64,000 bases of DNA from a virus, in the IMG/VR virus record IMGVR_UViG_3300028840_006907, positions 352,001-416,000 of that record; one strand, given 5' to 3'. A program made the translations under genes and the position numbers. The notes beneath the pieces were generated by a model. The model saw only the letters and a program-made list of their open reading frames with translations, searched no databases and had not been told where the DNA came from. Shown here in pieces: positions 30,959-39,651 of this stretch (position 1 is its first letter; every line of letters starts with the position of its first letter).

Positions 30959-30976
30959 GGGTTTAACGAGGTATTA

Positions 30977-30996
30977 GGGGACTTTTCGGAGTCCCC
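30977..30996 (+). other. RNA hairpin after the sheath gene (weak terminator or stability element)
   Basis: GGGGACT-TTTCGG-AGTCCCC, 7-bp stem, no T-tract. Confidence 0.3.
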
Positions 30997-31016
30997 CTTA
31001 AACAGGAAATAATCAA

Positions 31017-32153
31017 ATGAATATACAAGAAATGAAAACTAAAGTTGCAAATAACATTTTGGAGTTTTTAATTGATCCGACGGTATATCCACCTGAACGT
31101 CATATCTATTTTCGTCCGGAAGAAATCCTAGACAATAGTTTTTATGAAAATGCGAAGGCGGATTCAAATAAAGCCTATGGTGATCAAAGACATAACTCCG
31201 ATTTTTATCCAAACCGACCAATTAGGGAGGCGTCATCGATGGAACGTAAAACTATTATAGCAAGTTTGGATGTGCTCTCTCAAACCTTTAACGAGAGCGA
31301 TCCTATAGCTAAAGATCTCAGAACGATGGCTTATGCCGTTGCGAAAATGAGTGAAGAAGAACTTAAAAATAGACTGGTAGAATCGAAGGAAAAAATGGTT
31401 AAATGCCCCAAGTGTGGTGGTAATGTCATGGAAAAAACCGGTTATTGTTTAGCTTGTAAGAAAAAGATTTCTGAAATGAAAAAAGCTGAAGAAGAAGTAC
31501 CGGTTGAAAAAGAAGCTGGAAAGGTAAAAGGTCCAGGAGTTCCGGATGGGACCGGTCCCATGAAAGATAGTCCAGAGTGCCCATATTCTGAAAAGAAAAA
31601 GGAAGCTGAGATAAAGGATTTTTGGAATAAGGAAGCTACTGATGCTGTGAGAAAATCTCTTATCGCTGAAGTTTCTGATGCTTGTGATGATAAAGAAGAA
31701 AAAGAGGAGAAAGAGGCCAAAGAAGCTCCTGCTGAAGAAAAACCTGAGGAAAAAGAAGTAGAAGCTAAAGAAGCTCCTGCTGAAGAAAAACCTGAGGAAA
31801 AAGAAGTAGAAGCTAAAGAAACTCCTGCTGAAGAGAAACCTGAGGAAGAAGAAAAATCAGCTACAGAGAAAAAAGTAGCTGAAGAAAAACCTGAGGAAAA
31901 AGAGGCTAAAAAAGCTCCTGCTAAAGAGGAAGTAACTGAAGAAGTTGTTGAAGAGGTGGAAAAGAATGCTTCTTCTTGTGGTACTAAAAAAGAAGAAAAA
32001 GAAGAAAAAGAAGCCACAAAAGTTGATACAGACATCTTAAATGCCTCTTCCCAATTTGATGGGATTGAATTACAAGCAGGTCTGATTACAAGTGATGACA
32101 TAGGAGATTTAAGTAAAGCTGAAGAAGAACGCTTAAGTCAACTTTTTAAATAA
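31017..32153 (+). CDS. Zn-ribbon protein with tandem E/K-rich repeats
   Basis: CPKCGG...CLACKK followed by KEAPAEEKPEEKEVEA repeats; located between sheath and tube genes. Confidence 0.65.
   Translation: MNIQEMKTKVANNILEFLIDPTVYPPERHIYFRPEEILDNSFYENAKADSNKAYGDQRHNSDFYPNRPIREASSMERKTIIASLDVLSQTFNESDPIAKDLRTMAYAVAKMSEEELKNRLVESKEKMVKCPKCGGNVMEKTGYCLACKKKISEMKKAEEEVPVEKEAGKVKGPGVPDGTGPMKDSPECPYSEKKKEAEIKDFWNKEATDAVRKSLIAEVSDACDDKEEKEEKEAKEAPAEEKPEEKEVEAKEAPAEEKPEEKEVEAKETPAEEKPEEEEKSATEKKVAEEKPEEKEAKKAPAKEEVTEEVVEEVEKNASSCGTKKEEKEEKEATKVDTDILNASSQFDGIELQAGLITSDDIGDLSKAEEERLSQLFK
31719..31862 (+). repeat. 48-bp in-frame tandem repeat, 3 copies (first two identical)
   Basis: AAAGAAGCTCCTGCTGAAGAAAAACCTGAGGAAAAAGAAGTAGAAGCT repeated at 31719 and 31767; third copy diverged. 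Confidence 0.8.
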
Positions 32154-32188
32154 ACTTTGTAGAAAATAAACTCTAAGGGGGTTTTAAA

Positions 32189-32869
32189 ATGGCTAGAGAT
32201 AATGATAGCTATATCTTTCGTAAAGGTGTAACGCCTAATACCCTCTCGGTTATAAGTTCGAAAAATCGAATATTCGCGTATAACCCTCAGGCTCAATTGG
32301 TACAACTAGGCGTAGTTGCAACTTTTGATCCTTCGGAGGCTCGAACAATAGAACCTGTTCGTGGAATCGGTTTTGGAGACCAAGTAGCCGAACTAGTGCC
32401 TAGTGTCACAGATCCGATGACAATATCGGTAACCAGAACTGCTTTGTATCTATCGAATATCTATCAGATATTTGGTTATAAAGCTGGTATGGATGGTATC
32501 TGTCGATCATTGAAACATCACAGATGGCCTTTTGATATCCGTCAAGAGGTGGTCTTTAGTGCACTGGCTACGAGGAGTGTTGGTGGTAGTACGGAGTATT
32601 TAGAGACACCAGCGGTAGTATCTACTGATGAGAAAGGTGAATACAATGAATTTGCTTTATTGACTTTCTATGAAGCATGTTGGATTTCCGATTATTCAGT
32701 ATCATACGCTTCTGATGCAGCTCTAGTACAAGAAACTGTGACACTTAATGTGTCTGATATTCTTGCTGATGCAGGTGAGTTCCCATGGAAGAGTGATGAG
32801 ATTGAACCTTATTCAGTACTGGATACAGATCCAGCTAAGTCGAAACGATTTGATATTGTTACAACTTAA
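32189..32869 (+). CDS. Putative tail tube protein
   Basis: Position immediately after sheath and before chaperone/TMP genes; 226 aa; no diagnostic motif. Confidence 0.4.
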   Translation: MARDNDSYIFRKGVTPNTLSVISSKNRIFAYNPQAQLVQLGVVATFDPSEARTIEPVRGIGFGDQVAELVPSVTDPMTISVTRTALYLSNIYQIFGYKAGMDGICRSLKHHRWPFDIRQEVVFSALATRSVGGSTEYLETPAVVSTDEKGEYNEFALLTFYEACWISDYSVSYASDAALVQETVTLNVSDILADAGEFPWKSDEIEPYSVLDTDPAKSKRFDIVTT

Positions 32870-32899
32870 TTATAGCTGAAAATATTCCTAAAGGATAAA

Positions 32900-32929
32900 A
32901 CCGGGTTTTTCTGAAAAGAGAAACCCGGT
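32900..32929 (+). other. RNA hairpin after the putative tube gene
   Basis: ACCGGGTTT-12 nt loop-AAACCCGGT, 9-bp stem, A/T-rich downstream but no clean T-tract. Confidence 0.35.
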
Positions 32930-32933
32930 CTAT

Positions 32934-32986
32934 ATAATAAATAAGATTTACATAATAAATAAGATTTAGATAAATATAAATAAGAT
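32934..32986 (+). repeat. Intergenic direct repeats ATAATAAATAAGATTTA (2 perfect copies plus a partial)
   Basis: Copies at 32934-32950 and 32952-32968, partial AAATAAGAT at 32978-32986; within the 233-bp gap before the 33103 gene. Confidence 0.5.
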
Positions 32987-33102
32987 AACAAACTCCAAAA
33001 ATTCTTCTGATTTTCCTTCAGGATATATTCTCGCTTATTGTATCATTTTAGTTTTTGTAAATAATAAAGATCTAAATAAAATGTAAGTAAGGAGAAGGTA
33101 TT

Positions 33103-33672
33103 ATGGATTTAAAAGAGATTTTTAAAGATATCAAGAAAAAATTTTCCCCACGTAAATTTATTGATTTTGAAAAGGAGAAACTTCATTTCGAAGTCGAACC
33201 TGTTACTTCAATGGAAGAAATGATTATAATGGAATCGATTCAGGACCTTGACGGGGCTCAATATATTGAAGCTTTAAAGAGACATACTCTGGCATGTGCT
33301 TTAAAAAATATCAATGGTATTGAAATTCATGATGAAGTGAAGTATATGGATGATGATGGCAAAGAAAAGGTAAAATCCCATTTCCTTTTTATGCAAGGAT
33401 ACTTGAACCAATTTCCTTCTCCTTTAATTGAGACTCTTTTTGAGGCTTATTCTAATATGGTTAAGGGTCTTCAACAAAAAATACAAAGTAATGTGAAGTT
33501 CGAAAGAGTTGAATTGTCTGAAGAGGTTGAAGAAGAGGTAAAGGAAAATTTTCAGAAAATAGAAGAAGGTACTTCTGAAGGATTGACTCATGTAGAAAGA
33601 TTAAATAAAAGAGTAGAAAAAGAGGCTGAAGAAGCTCAAATGCGGATGACTCAAGCTACAGAAGAGAAATAA
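33103..33672 (+). CDS. Hypothetical protein in tail assembly chaperone position
   Basis: 189 aa, acidic C-terminus; AAGGAGAAGG SD; call is positional only. Confidence 0.5.
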   Translation: MDLKEIFKDIKKKFSPRKFIDFEKEKLHFEVEPVTSMEEMIIMESIQDLDGAQYIEALKRHTLACALKNINGIEIHDEVKYMDDDGKEKVKSHFLFMQGYLNQFPSPLIETLFEAYSNMVKGLQQKIQSNVKFERVELSEEVEEEVKENFQKIEEGTSEGLTHVERLNKRVEKEAEEAQMRMTQATEEK

Positions 33673-34724
33673 TGTTTAAAAAAGAAGCGTATCAGAGTTT
33701 ATCAGATTTAATCTCTAAAGGTTTTCTTACAATAGCCTGTGATATTGCAGGTAAGAATATTGTATTAAAAACAGTTAATGAAAAAGAATATGATTTAATT
33801 AAACTTTATGCTGGTGTGAATGATAAAAATTACATCTCTCGATTTAATATGTATTATTTAGTTTTCAGTCTTTTTTTAATCGACGGTGAAAATGTTCTTC
33901 AAGATAGATCTAAAAAAATAAAGGATATCTATAATTTTTTAAATGATCTTCCAAATCTGCTTTATACAAAAATAACTGAAGAATTAAAGGTATTAAGAGT
34001 TAATGCTGAAGAAGCAGTAGATTTTCTGGAAGGATTTTCTTACACCAGTCATTCAAGAAGAATGTGGAAATTAACCCAGAATAACTTACCTACCTCAGAA
34101 AGTTTAACAGGTATCCCTGGTACGGGAATACTTGGTCTTAATGCTTATCAGGAAAATTGGTTCTTGATAAATAAAATGCTCGATGATGAAGAGAGTTATG
34201 ATCGTGATTTCTCTTTGGCAATTTTAGTCGCTTCAGCATCTAATCCTAAAGGATGTAGAACAGTTAGTTCTAAACATGATGCCCATAGACAACGAAACTC
34301 TGAACGTCGGGATAAACTGGCTCGGGAAGGCTCTTCTGCTAAACAAGAATGGAAACCTGATGGATGGGCAGCACCGGTTGATACTGCAGAGGAACTCGTA
34401 CAAGAATTAATGCGTCAGATGGAGGGAAAAAAAGATAAGCATGATTTGTTTATAGAGGAGCATCTGAGAAAAGTTCGGGAAAAGGCAGATAAACAGGCGA
34501 AAGAGGCTGAGGAAAAGCTTGAAAAGATACGCCAGAAGAGAAAAGAAGAGGGTGGTCCATCAATAGTGTCTTCTCAAAGAGTGTTATCCGAGAAAGAAAC
34601 TGAAGAATTAATGGCTAAAAATTCTAATAATCTGTTATTAATCTCTGATAGTATGGAGAAGAAAGAAGAACAAGCTCGATATTTTAAAAAAGTCGGAGCA
34701 AAAATTTTAACTGCTAGGAAATAG
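33672..34724 (+). CDS. Hypothetical protein in second chaperone position
   Basis: Start overlaps the previous stop (TAATG); 350 aa with a charged helical C-terminus. Confidence 0.5.
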   Translation: MFKKEAYQSLSDLISKGFLTIACDIAGKNIVLKTVNEKEYDLIKLYAGVNDKNYISRFNMYYLVFSLFLIDGENVLQDRSKKIKDIYNFLNDLPNLLYTKITEELKVLRVNAEEAVDFLEGFSYTSHSRRMWKLTQNNLPTSESLTGIPGTGILGLNAYQENWFLINKMLDDEESYDRDFSLAILVASASNPKGCRTVSSKHDAHRQRNSERRDKLAREGSSAKQEWKPDGWAAPVDTAEELVQELMRQMEGKKDKHDLFIEEHLRKVREKADKQAKEAEEKLEKIRQKRKEEGGPSIVSSQRVLSEKETEELMAKNSNNLLLISDSMEKKEEQARYFKKVGAKILTARK

Positions 34725-34726
34725 TT

Positions 34727-37700
34727 ATGAGTCTTAGGCAAAAATTAGATGAAGCATTAGATCGAATAAAGGATTTAGAGAAGAAGCTCAAAGAAAGTGG
34801 AAAAGAGGCTAAAGAATTTGGTGAATTAACCGAAGATGCCATAAAAAAGAGTGTCAAAGAGCTTGGCAATCTAAATAATTTACTCGGAAAAAGTGTCAAT
34901 ACTATTAAAGACATGAATAAAGAAGTTCGTGATCTCCATGTAGCGGGTGCCCTGGATACAAAAGAAGCGACTGATTTAAATAAAGGCTTGGAAAGAATTG
35001 CCAAACAATTAATACATATTAAAAAAATAAAAAAAGAAGACAGGACCTGGGCAGAACAGAGAGCTGAGATTAAAAAGTTAAATAAGATGATTGATCAGAT
35101 GAGGAGTAAGACCAATCTTGCTAGAAATTCAGCTAAAAGTTTTGCCGATCATATGGAAGATGCTGGTCCTTCTTTTATGAAGGGGTGGGCTTCTTTTAAT
35201 AAAGCTTCTAAAAAAGGCCAAACTACAATTCAGAGTTACCAAGGAATGTTTAATAAGGCTGGTAATAGTCTTGGTAAAATGCCTGGTTTAATGAAAGGGT
35301 TCGGTTCTGCTGCAAAAGGAGTCAGTGCTTCACTTGGTGGAATTACTAAGGTTATAGCTGGGTGGCCTGGTGCAATTTTTATGGCATTAAAAGCAGTATG
35401 GGATGTAGGGATGGCTGCTGACCAGTTTGTAAAAGATGCTAACAAAGCTTTTGCTTCTGTTCGTGGACCTGATATCATGACTGCTGATGTCAGAAAACAA
35501 TTTAAAACTTTTAATGACCAGATATTTAATGCTCGTGAAAATATCCGGGTTGGATTGGATGTCACTCAGATAAGAGAATTGATGGAAGCGGTAGTTCAGG
35601 CGGGTGCAAATATTCAAAATTTGAATAAAGGACTTTTATCATATAGAGATGCTATTTACATTGCAGGAAAAGCCAGTAAAACATTAGGATTGGCTTTACC
35701 ACAAGTAGGTAGTATGGTCGGTAAATTATTAACCAATTTCAGGATGGATTTAGAAAGTATTGATAAAGCTTTTGTTCAGGTGGCATTTGATGCTCAGAAA
35801 TCAGGTCTTTCCACTGACCGGTTCTGGACTACTGTTGAGAATGCCTCTGCTTCTCTGGCCCTTTATGGGACATTTATTGGGGCTGCGAGTAAAACAATGA
35901 AACGTTTTACAGAAGACATGGTAGGTGGAGCGGATGATGCAGCAGAAGCAACTGAAGATATGTATTCAGTATTTAAATCGGGGAACCTTAAGGCTCAGGC
36001 CACTTTGTTAAGTATGGCAAAACAGGCTGGGGTAAATTTGGATGATATATTCAAAAATATGAGTACTGAATTTAAGGATCAGGCTGTAAGATTACAATCT
36101 GAAATAGAATTAATGGAAGCAAAAGGAACAAAAACTCCTGAAGATGTTGCACAGTTAAAAAGATTGAGATCTGAATTGGCTTCAGCGCAATCTAAGTCAC
36201 AAAGGGCTCTTGATGTTGTAGGTAAAAATGCAGTTTCCCAGACAACTGAAATAGGTATGCTTGCAAAGGAAGCCCCTCAACTTCTTATTGAAACTATAAG
36301 AAGAATGACTAATGTAGGGGATTTAACTAAAATTTCCAGAGAGAGAATGATTGTAGCAATAAAGGCTTTGGAAAATGTTGGTGTTAAGGAGAAAACAGTA
36401 CGCTTATTGGTTGAACAAGCTAAAGTAACTAAAAAGAGCCTAGAGAATTTATTGGATTCATCAGAAAATTTCTTTGCGGAGAATAATAAAGATTTCCAAT
36501 TGAATAGAGCAAATATTGCTAATGCTATAATGGAGGCATCGAAACCTGGAAAGGACCAAGCTGCAAATACACAGATTCTTGTTGATCTATTAAAGGAATC
36601 TCTTGGTATGGATCAGGGTATGGCTGAGACATGGGCAAATATTATAAAAACCGATAAAGAGACAGCAAATAAGATAGCTTCTCGCATTGAAAAAGGTGAT
36701 AAGAATAGTTTAAAAAGTATTGATGGTCTTTTGATGGCATCAAAATTTATAAATAAGTTTCAAATTGCTACATTTAAAAATCAAGAAAAAACTGATAAAG
36801 AATTAGCCAAATCATCAGAAGAGACTTTTGATGAGATTGTAAAAGGGACTCTTTCCTATAATGAAATGGTCAAAATGGGAAAAGATGAACTTTATTGGAC
36901 AATGGCTAATTGGAAAGTTGCGACTATCATGAATAAAACTGTAGCTGATATTTATTATTGGTTACAGGGTGAATCTACTCGTTTATCTCAATCACAAAAA
37001 CTAGCCCAAGAACAGTTAAAATTGATGGGTCAACAGAATGCGGGTATCGGAAATCTTCTTAAAGATGTAGGAGAAGGGAATATCTCTGCAAAAACACAGG
37101 TGGCTATGGTTCAGCATGTCTCTCAAAATCTTAAAGATTTACAAAGTGCTATAGCAGTAGAAGAGGGGCTCCAAGGAGCTTTTGAAAATGCTATGAGATC
37201 TACTGATCCTTCTAAAGCATTAACAAATGCTATAATGGCTGCTGAGAAAGATAAAGATAAAAAACTTGCTAATAGATTAAAAGAAGAGAAAAAGAATTTT
37301 GAAGCATTAAGAGAACGTAAAAAAGGCCGATTGGATGAAGAGAAATATTTTAAAAATTTAGCTGAAGCAAACAGAAGTACTCTGGAAAGGAATAAACAAG
37401 AAAGAGGTAAACAGGAAGAAATCAAAAATAAATTAGTGGAGCTGAATGATATAAATAAAAAAGTCTTTGAGATTCAAAAATTAAAATTGATGGGTGATGA
37501 AAAATCATTAATAGCAATTGCCGATCAAATTCAAGCTACTGCTGGAGAAGATGTAAATAAAATAGAAAAAATGGCTACAAATATGGGGTTGACTCTTGGA
37601 GATGTGAAAAGAGCTTTTGAGGCTAAAAAAATATCTACAGTAGGCATAGAAAAAAGAATGGCTGCAAGAAAAATTTTTAAAAAAACAGAAAAAACTTTAG

Positions 37701-38035
37701 CTTCAATGCCACAAAAACCAATTAAATATGTAGATCCTATGGAAGCTGCATATAGAAAAGAAATGGGCTATCAAGGTTTACAGAAACCTATTCAGGTAAC
37801 CTCACCTGGTAGTGCTGTTTTACATCCAGGAGAACTTATTCTTCCAAAGACTTATTCTGAATTTAAAGCAGTTCCAGCTATGAATGAACCTATGGGTGTT
37901 CATCCTGGTGGTGGAGTTGGAAGAGGTGCAAAGGAAATTACGATAAATGTTACTGCTACTGAAAAGGATCTAGCTAGTAAAATTGCCAATGAGGTTAGGG
38001 CTGTAATTAATCAGGAATATATAGGAGTGGCATAA
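34727..38035 (+). CDS. Tail tape measure protein (1102 aa)
   Basis: Long, K/E-rich helical protein with a Gly/Ala hydrophobic segment (GITKVIAGWPGAIFMALKAVWDVGMAADQF), downstream of sheath/tube/chaperones. Confidence 0.55.
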   Translation: MSLRQKLDEALDRIKDLEKKLKESGKEAKEFGELTEDAIKKSVKELGNLNNLLGKSVNTIKDMNKEVRDLHVAGALDTKEATDLNKGLERIAKQLIHIKKIKKEDRTWAEQRAEIKKLNKMIDQMRSKTNLARNSAKSFADHMEDAGPSFMKGWASFNKASKKGQTTIQSYQGMFNKAGNSLGKMPGLMKGFGSAAKGVSASLGGITKVIAGWPGAIFMALKAVWDVGMAADQFVKDANKAFASVRGPDIMTADVRKQFKTFNDQIFNARENIRVGLDVTQIRELMEAVVQAGANIQNLNKGLLSYRDAIYIAGKASKTLGLALPQVGSMVGKLLTNFRMDLESIDKAFVQVAFDAQKSGLSTDRFWTTVENASASLALYGTFIGAASKTMKRFTEDMVGGADDAAEATEDMYSVFKSGNLKAQATLLSMAKQAGVNLDDIFKNMSTEFKDQAVRLQSEIELMEAKGTKTPEDVAQLKRLRSELASAQSKSQRALDVVGKNAVSQTTEIGMLAKEAPQLLIETIRRMTNVGDLTKISRERMIVAIKALENVGVKEKTVRLLVEQAKVTKKSLENLLDSSENFFAENNKDFQLNRANIANAIMEASKPGKDQAANTQILVDLLKESLGMDQGMAETWANIIKTDKETANKIASRIEKGDKNSLKSIDGLLMASKFINKFQIATFKNQEKTDKELAKSSEETFDEIVKGTLSYNEMVKMGKDELYWTMANWKVATIMNKTVADIYYWLQGESTRLSQSQKLAQEQLKLMGQQNAGIGNLLKDVGEGNISAKTQVAMVQHVSQNLKDLQSAIAVEEGLQGAFENAMRSTDPSKALTNAIMAAEKDKDKKLANRLKEEKKNFEALRERKKGRLDEEKYFKNLAEANRSTLERNKQERGKQEEIKNKLVELNDINKKVFEIQKLKLMGDEKSLIAIADQIQATAGEDVNKIEKMATNMGLTLGDVKRAFEAKKISTVGIEKRMAARKIFKKTEKTLASMPQKPIKYVDPMEAAYRKEMGYQGLQKPIQVTSPGSAVLHPGELILPKTYSEFKAVPAMNEPMGVHPGGGVGRGAKEITINVTATEKDLASKIANEVRAVINQEYIGVA

Positions 38036-38036
38036 G

Positions 38037-38804
38037 ATGGCTTTAAGAAATAGGCGCTCATTTGCTTTAGAGAAGGAATTAAAAACTAACGCCTCAGACC
38101 GTCATTTTGTAAAAGCTTATGATAGCTATTTATATAATGCTCACGGTGTCTCAAAAAATGTTAATCGTGTCAGATTTTTTATGCAAGTAGTGGATTTAAA
38201 TGGTAAACCTGTCTCTTATACTATTGATGGTCAAGTATTTTTAGGACTCGTTTTATTAATCAATCCTTCGAGTATAAGTGTTAATTTATCTAAGATAGTA
38301 GGTAGAACACAAACAATGACAGGATGGGTAGAAGATCATTGGGGCGAAGAACTTGATACTTTATCCCTTCAGGGAAGCAGTGCTTCATTTATATGGGAAG
38401 GAGCAAATCTTCCTTCAACTAATCCGAAGTATGGTACACCTTTAACTCAATCTTCACAAGAGATCAGAGAGATGTTAAATAAATACATGAATATCCCTGA
38501 TTTGAATTTAACTGAACCCATCCAGCCAGGAGATCATAGTGGCTTGACAGTAAAGAGAAGACGTGAAACTTTATCTTATGATGAGTTCAGGGGTATCATG
38601 AAAATGATGAATGCCAATGCAGCCAAATTTGATGCCTATGGACAAGTGAGAGAACGTTTGTATATTCAATTATCTTATGATTATGCAGCCTATCGTGGCT
38701 ATTTTGAAAGTATTGATGTCACAGAAGATTCGGAAACTCCATATAAATTTATTTATACAATTACATTTAAAGCGGAAAAAACAATTTATAGTTTTTTGAG
38801 GTAA
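38037..38804 (+). CDS. Baseplate/tube-initiator-like protein, paralogue A
   Basis: Shares L(L/V)(I/V)NPS... and YDYAAYRGYFESIDVTEDSETPYKFIYTITF motifs with the next gene. Confidence 0.55.
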   Translation: MALRNRRSFALEKELKTNASDRHFVKAYDSYLYNAHGVSKNVNRVRFFMQVVDLNGKPVSYTIDGQVFLGLVLLINPSSISVNLSKIVGRTQTMTGWVEDHWGEELDTLSLQGSSASFIWEGANLPSTNPKYGTPLTQSSQEIREMLNKYMNIPDLNLTEPIQPGDHSGLTVKRRRETLSYDEFRGIMKMMNANAAKFDAYGQVRERLYIQLSYDYAAYRGYFESIDVTEDSETPYKFIYTITFKAEKTIYSFLR

Positions 38805-38808
38805 TTTA

Positions 38809-39651
38809 ATGGAACCAATAAGACGAGAAGGTGTTGATGACAGAGTAATTATCCGAAAAGAAACTGATACATTTTTGGATGGAGTAATCACAAATGGTTA
38901 TGCACAATTAAGATCTGATAGAGCTGATGAAGTTCTTCGGCAAGCTGGAGCCACTTTTACATCAGGTCTACCTGGATTTGGGGATAGTACTTCAGTAACT
39001 CAACCAAACCCATATTTAACAGGCGCTCTTACAGCTCTCCTTCCTATGAAAATAGCTATTGCTGATAAAGATGGTTTCCGACTATCATTTACATTATTAG
39101 TAAATCCTTCGAACATGAATCATGGTAAAACTTCTTCTGTATTCACAGATTATACTCGTGGAGGTTATATTACTCAATTATGGGGACCTAATCAAGATTT
39201 AATCTCATGTATAGGAAAGACCGCTGCCTTTATAGTGGAAGGAACGGGTTTAACTAATGTCTCTCGTCGAAGATCTTTTAGTTATATGAATTTTTTGTCT
39301 TTGATGTATGCTTATCGTAATAATGGATATCAATTTTTAGATCTTACCTCTTTTAAAGATACTTTGACAAGAGTTGTAAATGTTATTCATGGTGTGGAAT
39401 TATCTTATGACAATCATAATTTTATGGGCCATTTTAATAATTTTACTATCGATGAATCTGCTGATCGTCCTTATTTATTTGACTATAACTTTGAATTTGT
39501 AGTAAGTTCATTAAGTCGTGATTATAATGAAGTAAGAGGCCATTTTGTCCCTATAAAAGATGTAGGTTCAACTGAAGATGTGCCAAAACTGGTAAATAAT
39601 GTGACTGAAAATTCGGTAATAAGACCACTAGTAGGATTAGGGGGATTTTAA
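38809..39651 (+). CDS. Baseplate/tube-initiator-like protein, paralogue B
   Basis: LLVNPSNMNHGK... and YDNHNFMGHFNNFTIDESADRPYLFDYNFEF align with paralogue A; C-terminus GLGGF. Confidence 0.55.
   Translation: MEPIRREGVDDRVIIRKETDTFLDGVITNGYAQLRSDRADEVLRQAGATFTSGLPGFGDSTSVTQPNPYLTGALTALLPMKIAIADKDGFRLSFTLLVNPSNMNHGKTSSVFTDYTRGGYITQLWGPNQDLISCIGKTAAFIVEGTGLTNVSRRRSFSYMNFLSLMYAYRNNGYQFLDLTSFKDTLTRVVNVIHGVELSYDNHNFMGHFNNFTIDESADRPYLFDYNFEFVVSSLSRDYNEVRGHFVPIKDVGSTEDVPKLVNNVTENSVIRPLVGLGGF

Noticed and set aside
31442-32101. 219-aa minus-strand ORF (S/F/A-rich)
   Set aside because: Reverse-complement shadow of the E/K tandem repeat in the 31017 gene; low-complexity and fully overlapped by a better + strand gene.
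33660-33690. Programmed -1 frameshift between the two chaperone-position genes
   Set aside because: The genes meet at a TAATG overlap and there is no slippery heptamer upstream of the first stop; the AAAAAAG run lies after the second start.
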